Source of the DNA: the human T2T-CHM13v2.0 reference genome, Homo sapiens
NCBI RefSeq assembly: GCF_009914755.1
Contig: NC_060935.1
Direction: 5' to 3' (one strand)
DNA length: 64,000 bases
Shown here: one piece after another, positions 34,943 through 49,570 of the stretch
Numbering within the stretch: position 1 is the first letter of the stretch
How the letters are laid out: each line of letters starts with the position of its first letter
Translations under genes and position numbers: made by a program
Notes under the pieces: model-generated
Told to the model about the DNA's origin: nothing
Database searches by the model: none
Seen by the model: only the letters and a program-made list of their open reading frames with translations

Positions 34943-35088
34943 AAGATCTGTGGGTATGGTAGGTAGATGTAGGAGAAGGAAAACACTCTATAATATTTTG
35001 ATTAAGTCTCAGTCTTTCAGTGGACCTGTGTCCCTGAGTTATAATCTTCACAGGTGTTTCTTAGCATATTACCCCCCCCCCACCACCC

Positions 35089-35506
35089 CCATTTTCATGC
35101 TGCTATTAAAGACATACCCAAGATTGGGTAATTTATAAAGGAAAGATTTTAATTGACTCAGTTCAGCATGGCTGGGAAGGCCTCAGGAAGCTTACAATCA
35201 TGGTGGAAGGGGAAGCAAAGAGGTCCTTCTTCAGATGGTGGCAGGAAGAGAAGTGATAGCAAAGTGGGGGAAAATCCCCTGATAACACCATCAGATATAG
35301 TGAGAACTCACTATCATGAGAACAGCGTGGAGGTAACTGCCCACATAATTCAGTTACCTCCCAATGAGTCCCTCCCACCTCAAGTGGGGATTATGGGAAC
35401 TACAATTCAAGATGATATTTGGGTGGATACCCAGCCAAACCATCTCATTCTGTCCCTGGCCCCTCCCAAATCTCATGTCCTCACATTTCAAAACACATTC
35501 ATGCCT
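35089..35506 (-). mobile_element. THE1C/MST-like 3'LTR (to 35447) plus about 60 bp of internal sequence
   Basis: Antisense LTR ends ccaaaccatctca, then antisense polypurine tract ttctgtccctggcccctccc and an internal stub. The terminal ~10 bp of the LTR are missing. Confidence 0.9.
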
Positions 35507-35509
35507 AGG

Positions 35510-35792
35510 CATGCATTCATTTATATGAAATATCCAGAATAGGTAAATACAGCATAGAAGCAGAAAACAGATTAGTGGTGACCAAGGCTCAGGGCTAGAG
35601 GGAATGGAGACCAACTGTTTAATGGATATGGGGTTTTCTTCTGAGATGATGAAACAGTTTTGGAGATAGTTTGTAATGCTTATGCAACACTTTGAATATA
35701 CTAAATGGCATTTAATTGTACACAGTAAAATGGTTAAAATAATAAATATTTTATAACGCATAATTTACCACTATGGAAAATAAAAAAAAAAG
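35510..35792 (+). mobile_element. L1MB-type 3' end
   Basis: atttatatgaaatatccagaatagg...aatttaccact followed by poly(A). Confidence 0.85.
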
Positions 35793-35828
35793 ATGTTAGC
35801 TCAAGTTATTCTGTTCTCCTTGATCACA

Positions 35829-36133
35829 TTTTTATTATTTTATTTTTATTTTGAGACAGATTCTCACTCTGTCACCCAGGCTGGAGTGCAGTGCTGTGAT
35901 CTTGGCTCACTGCAAACTCCGCCTCCTGGGATCAAGCGATTCTCCTACCTCACCCTTCTGAGTAGCTGGGACTGCAAGTGCCCGCTACCATGCTTGGCTA
36001 ATTTTTGTATTTTTATAGAGATGGGGTTTCACCATGTTGGCCAGGCTGGTCTTGAACTTCTGACCTCAGGTGATCAGCCCGCCTCGGCATCCCAAAGTGC
36101 TGGGATAATAGGCATGAGCCAACGCACCTGGCC
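35829..36133 (-). mobile_element. AluSx-like
   Basis: Full antisense Alu. Confidence 0.95.
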
Positions 36134-36894
36134 TCATTTTAAACATATATACCTTCCAATTTTATTACTCCACTCATTTTAGTACCCCCATCCCTGCTGC
36201 TACTCAGCATGTTGCCTTTTGCTGTAGTGCTCTTACCTTTTGTCCTTGAAGTCTTCTCTACTCTAGATGTTTGTTTTTCTTATTTAACAAAAATTACTCT
36301 AAAATCTTTGTTCTTTTAAATTTCTACTCTCAGGTTTTATTCAACTACTCTGTGTGCTCATGGCTGAAAAGGGCAGTGCTGTTTTTCTTCCTGCTACCGG
36401 CAACTCTCCCCTATTCTTCTCCTGTTGTAGTTGGAGAATTTAATACTTTCACATAAAAAGTAGTCACTGGCAAGAATTTCTTATCCCTGAAATGAAAGCA
36501 CATGGCCATTTTTCTACATATTGACTTCTGGTTCTCCCCACTCTGTTTTACTTCCTTTTGCTCTGGGAACTCACTCACGCTAGTGGAGACCAATCCTGCT
36601 GGACCATGAATCTTGGCAGTAAGCAGCTGGAGAATAAATTAGAAAGGAGGAGGCAGGCCAGAGTTTGTTTGCAAACAATTCTAGTGTGAAAAATGACCTT
36701 AATGCAATAATGTGTGTAATAGGAGTTAAGTCCTCCTTGCTTTCAAGGACAGCTTTTGCTAAACTCCTTGAATTCAGGTATTTTGCTTTCCTTATTTCTA
36801 AATCTTTAGCTGAGCAAGCAAGTAATGGACACACAGTACATTTGTAGTAATAGTAGTCGTAGGTTGGAGCAAGAGTAATTGCAATTACCAACCT

Positions 36895-36895
36895 A

Positions 36896-36942
<47 letters not shown>

Positions 36943-36946
36943 ATAG
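36895..36946. repeat. (TAG)n microsatellite
   Basis: About 15 perfect TAG units. Confidence 0.95.
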
Positions 36947-37456
36947 TTGTAACAGTTAAAGTTGGGGACTGGAATTTATTTCTACCTAGTCTGATACATC
37001 TATGTGAAAGAATTTTGACTTGAGATAGACTCCAAGGGATTTGTTGAGTGAAATTCATTGGTACAAATTTCTGAGGTATTTTATTAAACTGTGGAAATCA
37101 TTGAGAATTCATTCTCTTTATTCCTTTCCTATCTTCCCCAGATTAGTATGAGACTGCATTCCCAGGGAAGGGGATAGGCTCTGTAGACTGAGACTTTCCA
37201 TGAATGTGCTTTCAAGTTACACACTTGCAGGAGCTTGGGAATAATCTAGTAAGCCTTTTTGTCTGCAGGTCAAAGATACATTTTCTTTTTTTAGCCTATC
37301 AAAAATAAAGCCAACATTTTTTTCCTACTCATTTTGTTTACACTGATTCCAAAGTACAGAGGTGCCAAGCGAGGAAGGGATAAGTATTGACATTCTATTA
37401 TTCCAGTTAGTATTTATTGCACCTTTGTTACATGTCAGTCATTGTGGTGATTTCTT

Positions 37457-39468
<2,012 letters not shown>

Positions 39469-41224
39469 TGCTGATTTCTTTATTTGAAACATCTCATTAA
39501 ATTTTCACAACTGTAAACTTAACCTAGAGACAAAGTGAAAAGAATTTCCTCTTTCTTCTTTAACAATTCCTTTCAGCCCTCAACTTAGGTTTTTATAGTT
39601 CCTTTTCTGTATCAAAGATACTAATTAATATGACCCTAATTCACCTGGAGACACATAGGATGGTAGAATAAAGTCACCTCAGGATCACACCAATCTGAAT
39701 ATTTCTTAGACAAGAAAAGCCTTAAAGAACTAGATTACACAGGACACCTCAGAGGAAAGTCTAGGCTTACTAAAAACACAGATGGTCGCCAAGAATACGA
39801 ATTCACGCTTATTATCCTACCAACTTCCACGTGAAGAGATTCATGCTGACTAAATATAAGTTATTTGCTAATTTTAATTATTCAAAGTGATTATTTTTCA
39901 AGCCACACTTATTCCAAAACCTCTCTTGACCTGCTTTCTGTAAGATGGATAAGTTTTATTTGCCTTGATATTCTGAGTGTCCACTACAACATTGTTCCTG
40001 AATAAGTAATAACACGTATGTATATTCTTATACACTAGAGAAGCTTCAGAGTTATCGGACTAAAGATTTTTAAAATGCCTTTACATAAAAAGCAGGCAAA
40101 ACAGCATTTTCACTAGTACACAAATATCCAAGTGCTTAAAACATGTGGTTCAGAAAGTAAGCATCACTGCAACTCCAGCTGATATATCTGTATGTAGTAC
40201 GATTATATCATGCTTGTGTTAAGAACCCAGACATGTGAAAATTCACATCTCCTTACAGGGAAACAAAGGAACAAGTGTGGGAGAAAAATCAGAGAGATGC
40301 CTCTGATAATGAACCACAGCCAAAAACCTGATGGGGGCTAGTTGATCAATATAATTTACCTTCAAATAGCTCCCACTTTGTCCACTCATCAAACAATTCA
40401 CACTGAACTCCTAGGGAACCCTGAAGGAGCATTTGGCTCAAGGTGAATACATCTGTATAGATTGCCTTGTGGGTATTTTTTATTAATTTGTCTTCCTTGT
40501 CTCCCCTCATAGTGAGCACTGATGAATCACAACAGCACTTTGGCTTTGACAGACAGAAAAATCTAAATTGGGGTTTTCTTAAAAAAAAGAAAAGAGAAAG
40601 GAGAGTGGCACTACCTTGAGAATAGGTTTAATAAAGCAGTAAAGAGAAAAAAGGAGAGTGGGGGTGGTGGTGTTCCTCTGACTCGGGAGTCATTGGTATG
40701 TGTGGGGGTCATTATAAGCTTACATACTCATTATACAATTGTTAACATGTGAAATCAGCTGTGTTTTGATGAATAACATATGCTACCAGGGAACTCAGAG
40801 TCTCAAGAAGGAAGGTAATTCCTGCCAGCTGCATAGCATTAGTGCTTACTCTTTTGAATAGCACCAATATGCCCTTTTCCATTTGCATCAAAAGGCACAA
40901 AGAGAAGGGCAGTTGTTTCTAAAAGCCAAGATTGGCATTTTGGTGATTTTGGCTCAAGATCATAAGACAACCATTTTGGTAGCCTCCTGGTCTATCAATA
41001 ATTGCCAAGGCCTCCCAACATGCTTGTGATACAGAGCCAAATAGGGAAACAAGCTAGTTGTCTGGTCAGAAGGAAAGGGAACATTCCTAAGCTATTTCTT
41101 TTATGTTTTCTTTTTTCCATAGCTGTGCAGAGCAACTGGGAACACTAGAGGGAGTTCTGATTTTGTGCAAAGTCCTGTTCTCATTTTTAAATTAAGTCAT
41201 TGCATATTGTTTAAAGTCAACTTT

Positions 41225-41386
41225 ATTTCATTTTTATTTATTTATTTATTTGTTTGTTTGTTTATTATAGAGATGGGCATCTTGCTGCATTGCCCAGGCA
41301 GGTCTCAAACTCTTGGCCTCAAGTGCTTCTCCCACCTTAGCCTCCCAAAGTGTTGGGATTACAGGTGTGAGCCATCATGCCCAGCC
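41225..41386 (-). mobile_element. FLAM_C / Alu left monomer
   Basis: Antisense monomer with a (ttta/tttg)n tail. Confidence 0.85.
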
Positions 41387-42952
41387 TCTACTTACCTTAA
41401 ATAGCAAAAAATTTTTCATTGCAGGTTACTAATTCATAGGGAAATTATTTTTTTTCCATTGGGAAAATGAGGAAAGCTTTCACTTTCATTTTGTGGAATA
41501 AGTCAAAGTACAGACTTCAAGCTTTAAAAACACTGATTGAGATGGATGTATATTGAGCCCTTTTGTCTACTCAGCTTGGAACATTCTCAGCCTCCTGATA
41601 CATACAATTATCCCAAGTACAATGTATTTATGTGTGTGTATGTATACATATGTACATATATGAATAATATGTCTACACCAAGTACTTGATTTTTTTTAAT
41701 ATTTCCAGAATTGGAACAGCAAGTGAAAAGGTTGGAAATATGCCAGAAGTCTAGAACTGTTATTTCATCTAGAAAAGAAGAAAACGTGAAGCATATGCTT
41801 TTCTCTCTAAAGGTGTTGAGATAGACCACATTGTGAATTATCTAAGTAATAGTAATTCCACAAAAATGAGTTTAATTGTTTAACAGTTTATTTAGCTCTT
41901 CGTTATGCATATACATATATGGAAATGTAAGCTGGGTTTTGAGAGCATACTGTGAAGTCCAAACTTGTTTTAATTTACTAATGGCCAATAATGGATGAAT
42001 GAAAAGGACAGACATTCTTAAAAAACATATTAGTACTGTTATTTGTTTTTTTGCCCTAACTAAACAATTGCAAGGGAAGCATGTTTATGAAAAAAAAAAA
42101 AAACTCTATAGTATTTTTTTCAGTTTATACTCATCTTTACAATATAGTAATTAATTGCTTTCAATTATTTTCATTTATTTTAGTTCTAGAACAGAAGTGG
42201 AACCCTGAATGTTAAGATTTAGTTTTGTTCTGTATGCATTTAGAGTATATAAGTTTTAGTCCACAAATGCAAACATGCAAGAAATGTCATATTATTTTAT
42301 TTATTTTAATTAAATTGAATCTAACTCCAAGCCCTATTTCTAGATGATAAGAAATTCTAACACAATTATTATTACAACCATTCCCCTACCACAAGCTGTG
42401 TGAAAGATTCTGTGGTGTTTGGTATACAAGTCCACAGGAGTCATATTTACTCCAGGTAGGAGTAAAACATTTGGCATAAAACATTTGGGAAGCTCTCTGG
42501 TCTCAGGTCCACACTGTTCTGATAAATGTCAATTGCATGCATCTCTGATCTGTTGAAATAAGAGAGCTCTGTATTTTTCTGTGGTTGAAGAATATTTTTA
42601 AGCTGCGGTACCTCCCAATTACATCTTTCAATCCCCTAGACCTGCCACCTTTTCCTAAGGTACTGCAGATAATTGAGTCACGTGCCCCAATCCCTTTCAA
42701 ACCCAAAATCTTACATTTATTTTACCATCTTTCAGCCTTAGGCCCATTGCAGCCACTATTTCTTCTTTAAAGTACTCATCCATCTTGTTTCCCAAGAGAA
42801 ACTTCTTGCCCCAGGAGCTCAGGCTTTCTGAAAACTAAATCCAGGAAATAAAGTTGTCTGCAAACAACTTCAGCTTTCAGCTTTGTAACAGAAATCTTTC
42901 CTGAGTGAGGAATAACAAAGACTTCTAGCTTCTCTCTTGAAATAAGGATTGG

Positions 42953-43231
42953 GGCCAGGCACGGTGGCTCACGCCTCTAATCCCGGCACTTTGGGAGGCC
43001 AAGGCAGGTGGATCACGAAGTCAGGAGTTCAATACCAGCCTGGCCAACATGGTGAAAGCTCGTCCTTAAAAAAATTTGCCAGGCATGGTGGTGCCTGTAA
43101 TCTCAGCTACTCGAGAGGCTGAGGCAGAGAATTGCTTGAACCTGGGAGGTGGAGATTGCAGTGAGTCGAGATCGCGCCACTGCACTCCAGCCTGGGTGAC
43201 AGAGCAAGACTGTCACAAAAAGAAAAAGAAA
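42953..43231 (+). mobile_element. AluS (Sg-like) with small internal deletions
   Basis: 13-bp TSD aaataag(g/a)attgg at 42940-42952 and 43232-43244. Shortened middle A-linker. Confidence 0.95.
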
Positions 43232-44081
43232 AAATAAGAATTGGAAGAATATTTTTAAAACAACATGCAAATTAACATCTTAATATATGACCCTGCCACA
43301 TATGTTTTTGTGTTTTCTGAAATTTCCACAATAAACATGCATTATTTTCTTAATTAGGAAAATATTTTTTATGAAGTATACTTACCTTCAAATTATTGTA
43401 ACTAGATGTGTTTAAGCAAATAATGTAATGAAAAGGATTTTTTTTTCCAGGCGGAGGACTAGTGAACTACATGATCTTTGCACTTTTTAAACCCTGTATG
43501 ATGCTGTTTTCCAGTTCCACTAAGTTTTAATAGTATTAGTTGCTTACATATTATTAAAAATAGACAATCATTTGTATCTCATTTTGCAGAAATTTGAAGT
43601 CTTAAAGGCATATAAAATTTCTTCATTTTTTTAAGTATCAAATTTGATTTTCACCTGTCAGGATACTTTTGAAATAAAATCGACCAATCAGCATTCTAAC
43701 ATCCAGGTATCTAGTAAAAGTAGGAGTTCTACTTTTTTTTGCAGTTCTTGAAGTCGACTCTGATATTTAATGGCCAGTATGGCTAAAACACCAACCATGC
43801 AGTGATGTGTGCCATAACTCCTTAAAATACAAATAACCACAATGATCCTGGGGTGCAAATCCAAATTTCCCCAGGTTGAATGAGATGATCATTAGATATG
43901 TTTCTCCATCCAAATTTATATTTAATAGATCGGTCAAGGAGAACTAATTTTTCCAGTTTACTAATGGATTTATTGGATTGGTTACCACCTCTTCTTATCA
44001 CTAATAACTCAGCCAATTTTTGGAGCAATAAAATGCCAACAAAGAGAGACCCTTTTGATGCAAATTAGAAGTTTCCAGATA

Positions 44082-44424
44082 CAGTTGGCCCTCCATCTCT
44101 ATAGATACTGCATCTGTGAATTCAACCCACTGTGAATTAAAAATATTTTTAAGAATTTTGTCTCCACTGAACATGTGCAGGCTTTTTCTGGTCATTATTC
44201 CTTAAACAATACAGAAGAACTATTGATGTAGCATTGTCATTTTATTAAGTATTATAAGCGATCTAGAGATGATTCACAGATTTTAAGTATATGATTGAAA
44301 GAGGATGGGCATAGCTTATATGCAAATACTACACCATTTTATATCAAGAACGTGAACATTCATGGATTTTGGTATCCGTGGGAGATCCTGAAACCAATCC
44401 CCCTTGGATATTGAGGAACAACTA
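44082..44424. mobile_element. MER2 (TcMar-Tigger MITE)
   Basis: About 343 bp with terminal inverted repeats cagttggccctc...gaggaacaacta, flanked by TA. Confidence 0.85.
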
Positions 44425-44754
44425 TATAGTCCATCTCTTTTCAAGGTCTTTAATTTGTTCTAAGAAGAAGTTTGCTGACCCAGATAAGTGGAAGATGTTC
44501 ATAATATAGAAGCACTGGCCTAACAGGGAATTGTTCAATTGTTTGAACTGAATGAGTGTCCTAGAAAAAAAGCTTACTGAAACATTTGAAGAATAGGCAC
44601 TTGGTGTTTCTTCTGGCTTCTAGGTTACCAGCTTCTTTTGCACTTGGACCATATCTGTTTTGTATTTTGACTTTTGATGTCTCTACCTTCGTTAGGTTAG
44701 AATAAAATATTGGTTACTTTTTGGTAGATCAGCAGTATCCAAGAGAACTCTCTG

Positions 44755-44908
44755 TGGGGGAAGAACCGTGCTATTTTATATAGTAGCCACTACCTGCATG
44801 TGTTTAGTAGACACTTGAATTTTGGTTAGTGTGAGTGCTGGAGGGTCTGAATTTAAACTGAAATAGAAATAGAAATGCAGTTACAATATTGGACAACACA
44901 GTGCTAGA
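44755..44908. mobile_element. MER3/MER33-like hAT fragment
   Basis: gtagccactacctgcatgtg...atattggacaacacagtgctaga. Confidence 0.6.
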
Positions 44909-45490
44909 CTCATTAAATCTCTCTTTGCAGAGGTTTAATTAAACAGTCTATTGTTTATATATGAGATTCTATACTGATGAGGTCTGAAACTCCAAGAAGA
45001 AATTCAAAAACATATTTTTTGATTGAATGTGCTTTCCTGACAGGGATGAAAACTCAAAAATAGATACATATTTCAGTCATTGTAACCCTTAATCATTAAA
45101 TCATATCTAAAGACCTGTATATTGTTTGCCTATTTCTCATGTAGGTACAAACTAGATATTGTCTACTCTTTCCCTCTCAAACAAAAGAGATTTAAGTAGA
45201 ATTATAATAGAATTCCTGCCAAGTGTAAGTCAGAATTACATAGGAGGAGGCATCTAGATGACTGAAAAGGCAAGACAGGGGTGAGATCTGTGCTCAGCTA
45301 AGACTGCATGAAAGCATCGGTGGAGACAATGACAAAATAAATGATGCAAAGACCAGGATTGCAATGCATGGAGAGGGACAGGAATACTACTACCAATACA
45401 AAAATAATACTAGTGGTAGCAAATATTTATTTGCAGAAATTACAGTGGCAGGGCCCTGTGCTAAGTGCTTAACATGCATAATTATAGTTT

Positions 45491-45513
45491 GTCTCTGTCT
45501 CTGTCTCTCTCTT

Positions 45514-45570
<57 letters not shown>
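45491..45570. repeat. (TC)n(CA)n compound microsatellite inside a MIR
   Basis: Direct reading, about 20 CA units. Confidence 0.95.
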
Positions 45571-45572
<2 letters not shown>

Positions 45573-45624
45573 TGAAACAAGTGCCAATAAAATTACCGTT
45601 CTGTAGAGATTAAATGTCCTATAC

Positions 45625-45958
45625 CAGGGGTCCCCAACCCCTGGTCAGTGGACCAGTGCCGGTCAGTGTCCTATTAGGAACTGGGCCACACAGCAGTAGG
45701 TGAACAGGAGGCAAGTGTGCATTACCACCAGAGCTCCACCTCCTGTCAGATAAGCAGTAGCATTAGATTCTTATAGGAGCGCAAACACTATTGTGAACTG
45801 TGCATGGGAGATATTGAGGTTAAGCCCTGCTTATGAGAATCTAACTAATACCTGATAATGTCAAGTGGAACAGTTTCATCTTGAAGTGGAACAGTTTCAT
45901 CCCAAAGCCATCCCCCTCACCCACCTGGCCCCCGTGCCAAAAAGGTTGGGGACTGCTG
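45625..45958 (+). mobile_element. MER1B (hAT-Charlie)
   Basis: Terminal inverted repeats caggggtccccaacc...ggttggggactgctg. 8-bp TSD tcctatac / tcctacat. Internal 18-bp duplication aagtggaacagtttcatc. Confidence 0.9.
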
Positions 45959-48384
45959 TCCTACATTATTCAATGAATAGACAAAAAACAGACTGGATAG
46001 AGGTGGGATTAAGGGAGCTACAGTAATGAATGGAATGTGTGTAAAAATCTATCAGCAAATGAGCACAGAGAGATTTGAAGTAAAAACCAGAGTAGTAGGT
46101 GTAGCAAAGGAATGCCCTATTGGTGCAAGTCATAATTTCAGAGTGTACCAGCAACTCCAATTTAACAAGACATCCAATGAAAAAGATAGTTCTTCTGGTA
46201 CCAGCCAATCCACAAGGAGGTACTCTGACTGTCAATTTATACAACCCCAAAACTTCCTTCTATACAAGGAAGACAGTCTTGACTTACCAAGACTTTATAT
46301 GAAGTATTACTGACTGTTTAAACCAGCTACTCAGTTTGTTCAGAAAAGTAGTGGAAGAGCTGTCATTTGAATCATTCATTTGTAAGTTGCCTTGAGATGA
46401 TCTAATATTTAACTTTTTAAAATCTAATGTGTGTTTAAAGGTTTAATGCCAACTAAATTAGTTCTCTTTCTTTTTCTACTAACTCTGTCCTTCATATATT
46501 ATATATTATATAACAATCAGATATTCTATTAACTTCAAATGAAAGAATTGGAAACAAATATTTTAAGAGAAAAATCACCAAAGCAAGTTTTGATCGGTAG
46601 TTGTATAATCTGAAGCAGCGATTATTAAAATGCAGTGGGGCTGGCAGAGAAAGGCAGAGGAGAAGTTACTTCCCTCCTATCTCCCCAACATACATGCACA
46701 GATTCTATTACACCTTCCCTTGACTACCCTGAGTTAAGAATTGCCAGAAAATCACTAACAGGGTACTTCATGCTATAGGAAATTCCAAAGATTTGAATTC
46801 CTCCATTCCTCAGTCTATGGAAATGTGTATTCTATAATATCTCCAATCACTGGTATGTCAAAGTACACTGATTTCAGTGCTTATTTTTAAAATAAAAAAT
46901 GTAAAAAACAAACAAAAAAACCCCTTCTAGTTCAGACTCAGAAATCTTGAAAACAGGTTATTTTGGAAGAGAACTCCGTGGGTGGCTTTAATTTCTTATT
47001 TTTGCACTCAGAACACAGCTGTCACTCGTAACAAAGTTAAAGACGGTAAAGTCCTGCTGTAGTTGGCTATTTAGTTCACAGCCAGGAGGAAGCTTTTCAC
47101 AGTGTATTCCCCAGTGACTTGTCTAATCTAGTTTAAAATGACTGAAATGATAAAGGCAGAGCACTTTTACTAAGAAGCTATTAAATAGCCTAAGATAACT
47201 TCATTGTTCCAATAATATCACCAGGTTCATCATCTGGTGCAAAGAATGGGTGTATATTTAGTTTATAAATTTACTTTTAAAAAGCATATAGTACTTTGGT
47301 AATCTCAAGAGTCAACACAGAAATTATCACTCTAGGTGAAATAGAACTAATTTGGGGATTTAGCATTAGAAATTTAAAAAAAAAAACACTTAAGACAGAA
47401 AATGCTTTGACAATGAGAAGAGACAATTCTTATCATAGGAAGAATTACTGGCTGTTTAATTCCAGCTTTCATATTTGTTTAATGCCAGTCTTCACAGTCT
47501 TGATAGACTAGATATAAATTAGTAAGGGTGACCCCAGACAAAATTTCTAAGCAGATGAAGGTATTCTCCACAAAGATTCTTTAATTTTATCTTCTTTATC
47601 TTCTTCCTTCCATTGGCCCAGTGACTTCTTCTACAACTATGCCACATGTAACACCACACTTTTAAACCCTACCCCATGTCAGAATCCCTTGGATTCCAGA
47701 AATTTATTGCTTTCTCTTCTACAGCCCTTTTCCCTGATTCTTTAAACCTCAGCTCTCCCTGTAGTCACGCCATCAGATATTTGCTCCCTATCAGATGACT
47801 AATGAGTAATCTCATAAGCAAATTAGTGTTTTAAATAAAATTAGTCTCTACATATATATTTTCTCCCTTTTATAAGACACCCACAATTTAACAAGCTCTT
47901 TATGGTAAAAGGGAGTGGAAGTACAATGTCAGTACAGCAGATTCCAACAGGAAAATGTATAATATTACAATAATTCACTTGACAATAAAGGTTTAAAAAA
48001 TATTTTAGTCATGAAGTCAATCTTAGAAATTTTAGTTAGGTGACCAGTTTGCCTGTAGAAGCCTAATTAACCTATAGTACTTTTGTGTATCATTATATTG
48101 TGTTCCTTTGTTGCCAAGAGAAGACATTTTCACTTTCAAATGAGATTCCATGACTACTGAAGTGAGCGAGTGACTCATTTTCTCAGTTTATGATCTAGTC
48201 TTGAGAAGAGAACCTATCTTATACAAGGAAAACTTTCATGACCTCTCCACGTTTGTGGTTACAATATTAAGAAGAGTGGTAAGGGAATATTAGTGCCAAA
48301 TGAGATAAAATGGACTGGGATAGAAGGTGGTGAAAAGGTATTGTAGTTGAGAGAATGGCGAAGCACCAGTTCTAATGAATATAA

Positions 48385-48415
48385 ATAATATAATAATAAT
48401 AATAATAATAATAAT
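48385..48415. repeat. (TAA)n microsatellite
   Basis: About 10 units. Confidence 0.9.
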
Positions 48416-49570
48416 GAGGTTTCTGTTTATATAGTGTTTGAAAATTTTACAGTGTTCATTCTGTCCACCCAGAGAATGCAAATCTAGATTTATCCTCATC
48501 CAAAATATTTTCTGCGTGTTCCAATTTCAAATAGATGCCCAGGTGCCACTTAGATATAAAGTAGGTTAATAGTTTCCATATGTACTTCTGCTTTTACAAA
48601 TAACATGAGACAGACTAAAATATCTTTCTCTCTCTCTCTCTCACCCTCTCTTTCTACCTTTGTTCTCTCTTTCTCTCTTATCTCTTTTTTTCTCTACAAT
48701 CAGCTTTATTTGGTTTATTCTGCACAAAAGCGGGCTGATGTAATTTGAAATTAAGTTCTAAAATTTTATGAATATTCTAAATGAAAATTAAGTTTTAATT
48801 TCTTAATAAGTGATAAAATATACTTTAGAAAGATTAGATTATAGACTTTTAAATAAACACATGCTTCCTAAGGATGAATTGCTTTCTCTTACATTTCATT
48901 CATATTTTGTCTTTGTTTGAATTATACTAGTGTAGAAAAATGTAAATTTTGGTCAGTAATATATGGAATTTGCTTTTTACTATATATTTTCTTTGGATTG
49001 GCTTATTAAACTATTAAAATGAAAAAATTTGTAGACAAAATACAGTTGAAAATGGTTGTTCTAAATAGTTTAGAGTGGCCCTGCAATGCTTTTAGTGATT
49101 ATTGTCAGTAAAGAGACACTCCTATTGTTAAAACTTTATGAATTATTGATGCTTTTATTAATTGAAAAATTCTAATTGGCTACATACAAAGTAAATAACA
49201 TTGTCCTAGTGGATGTGTCAGTCTAGAGATAGGGCTCTGCATCTGAGAGAGGCTTAGCTATAATAAAAGTTCTCAAGAGTGATGTGGGAGCTCTTCATTT
49301 AACATGATACAAGGTAACATATGCCAAATTAAGATGCAAATTACTTTATTTAACTGAATGATTAGTTAGTCAGTAATAATTACAGGCTGTGAAACCTGTA
49401 ACAATGTTTTTAATTAGCAACATTTTGGTAGAGATTTTGATTTATACAATTCAGAAGTCTCATTTATAGTAGTTCACATTCCCTGCTTATTTTGTGTATG
49501 GCTTTTCCAACTCATTACAGACAGACAATATAGAAGAAATAAGGGCATCATTTAATTTTTAAAATATTTC

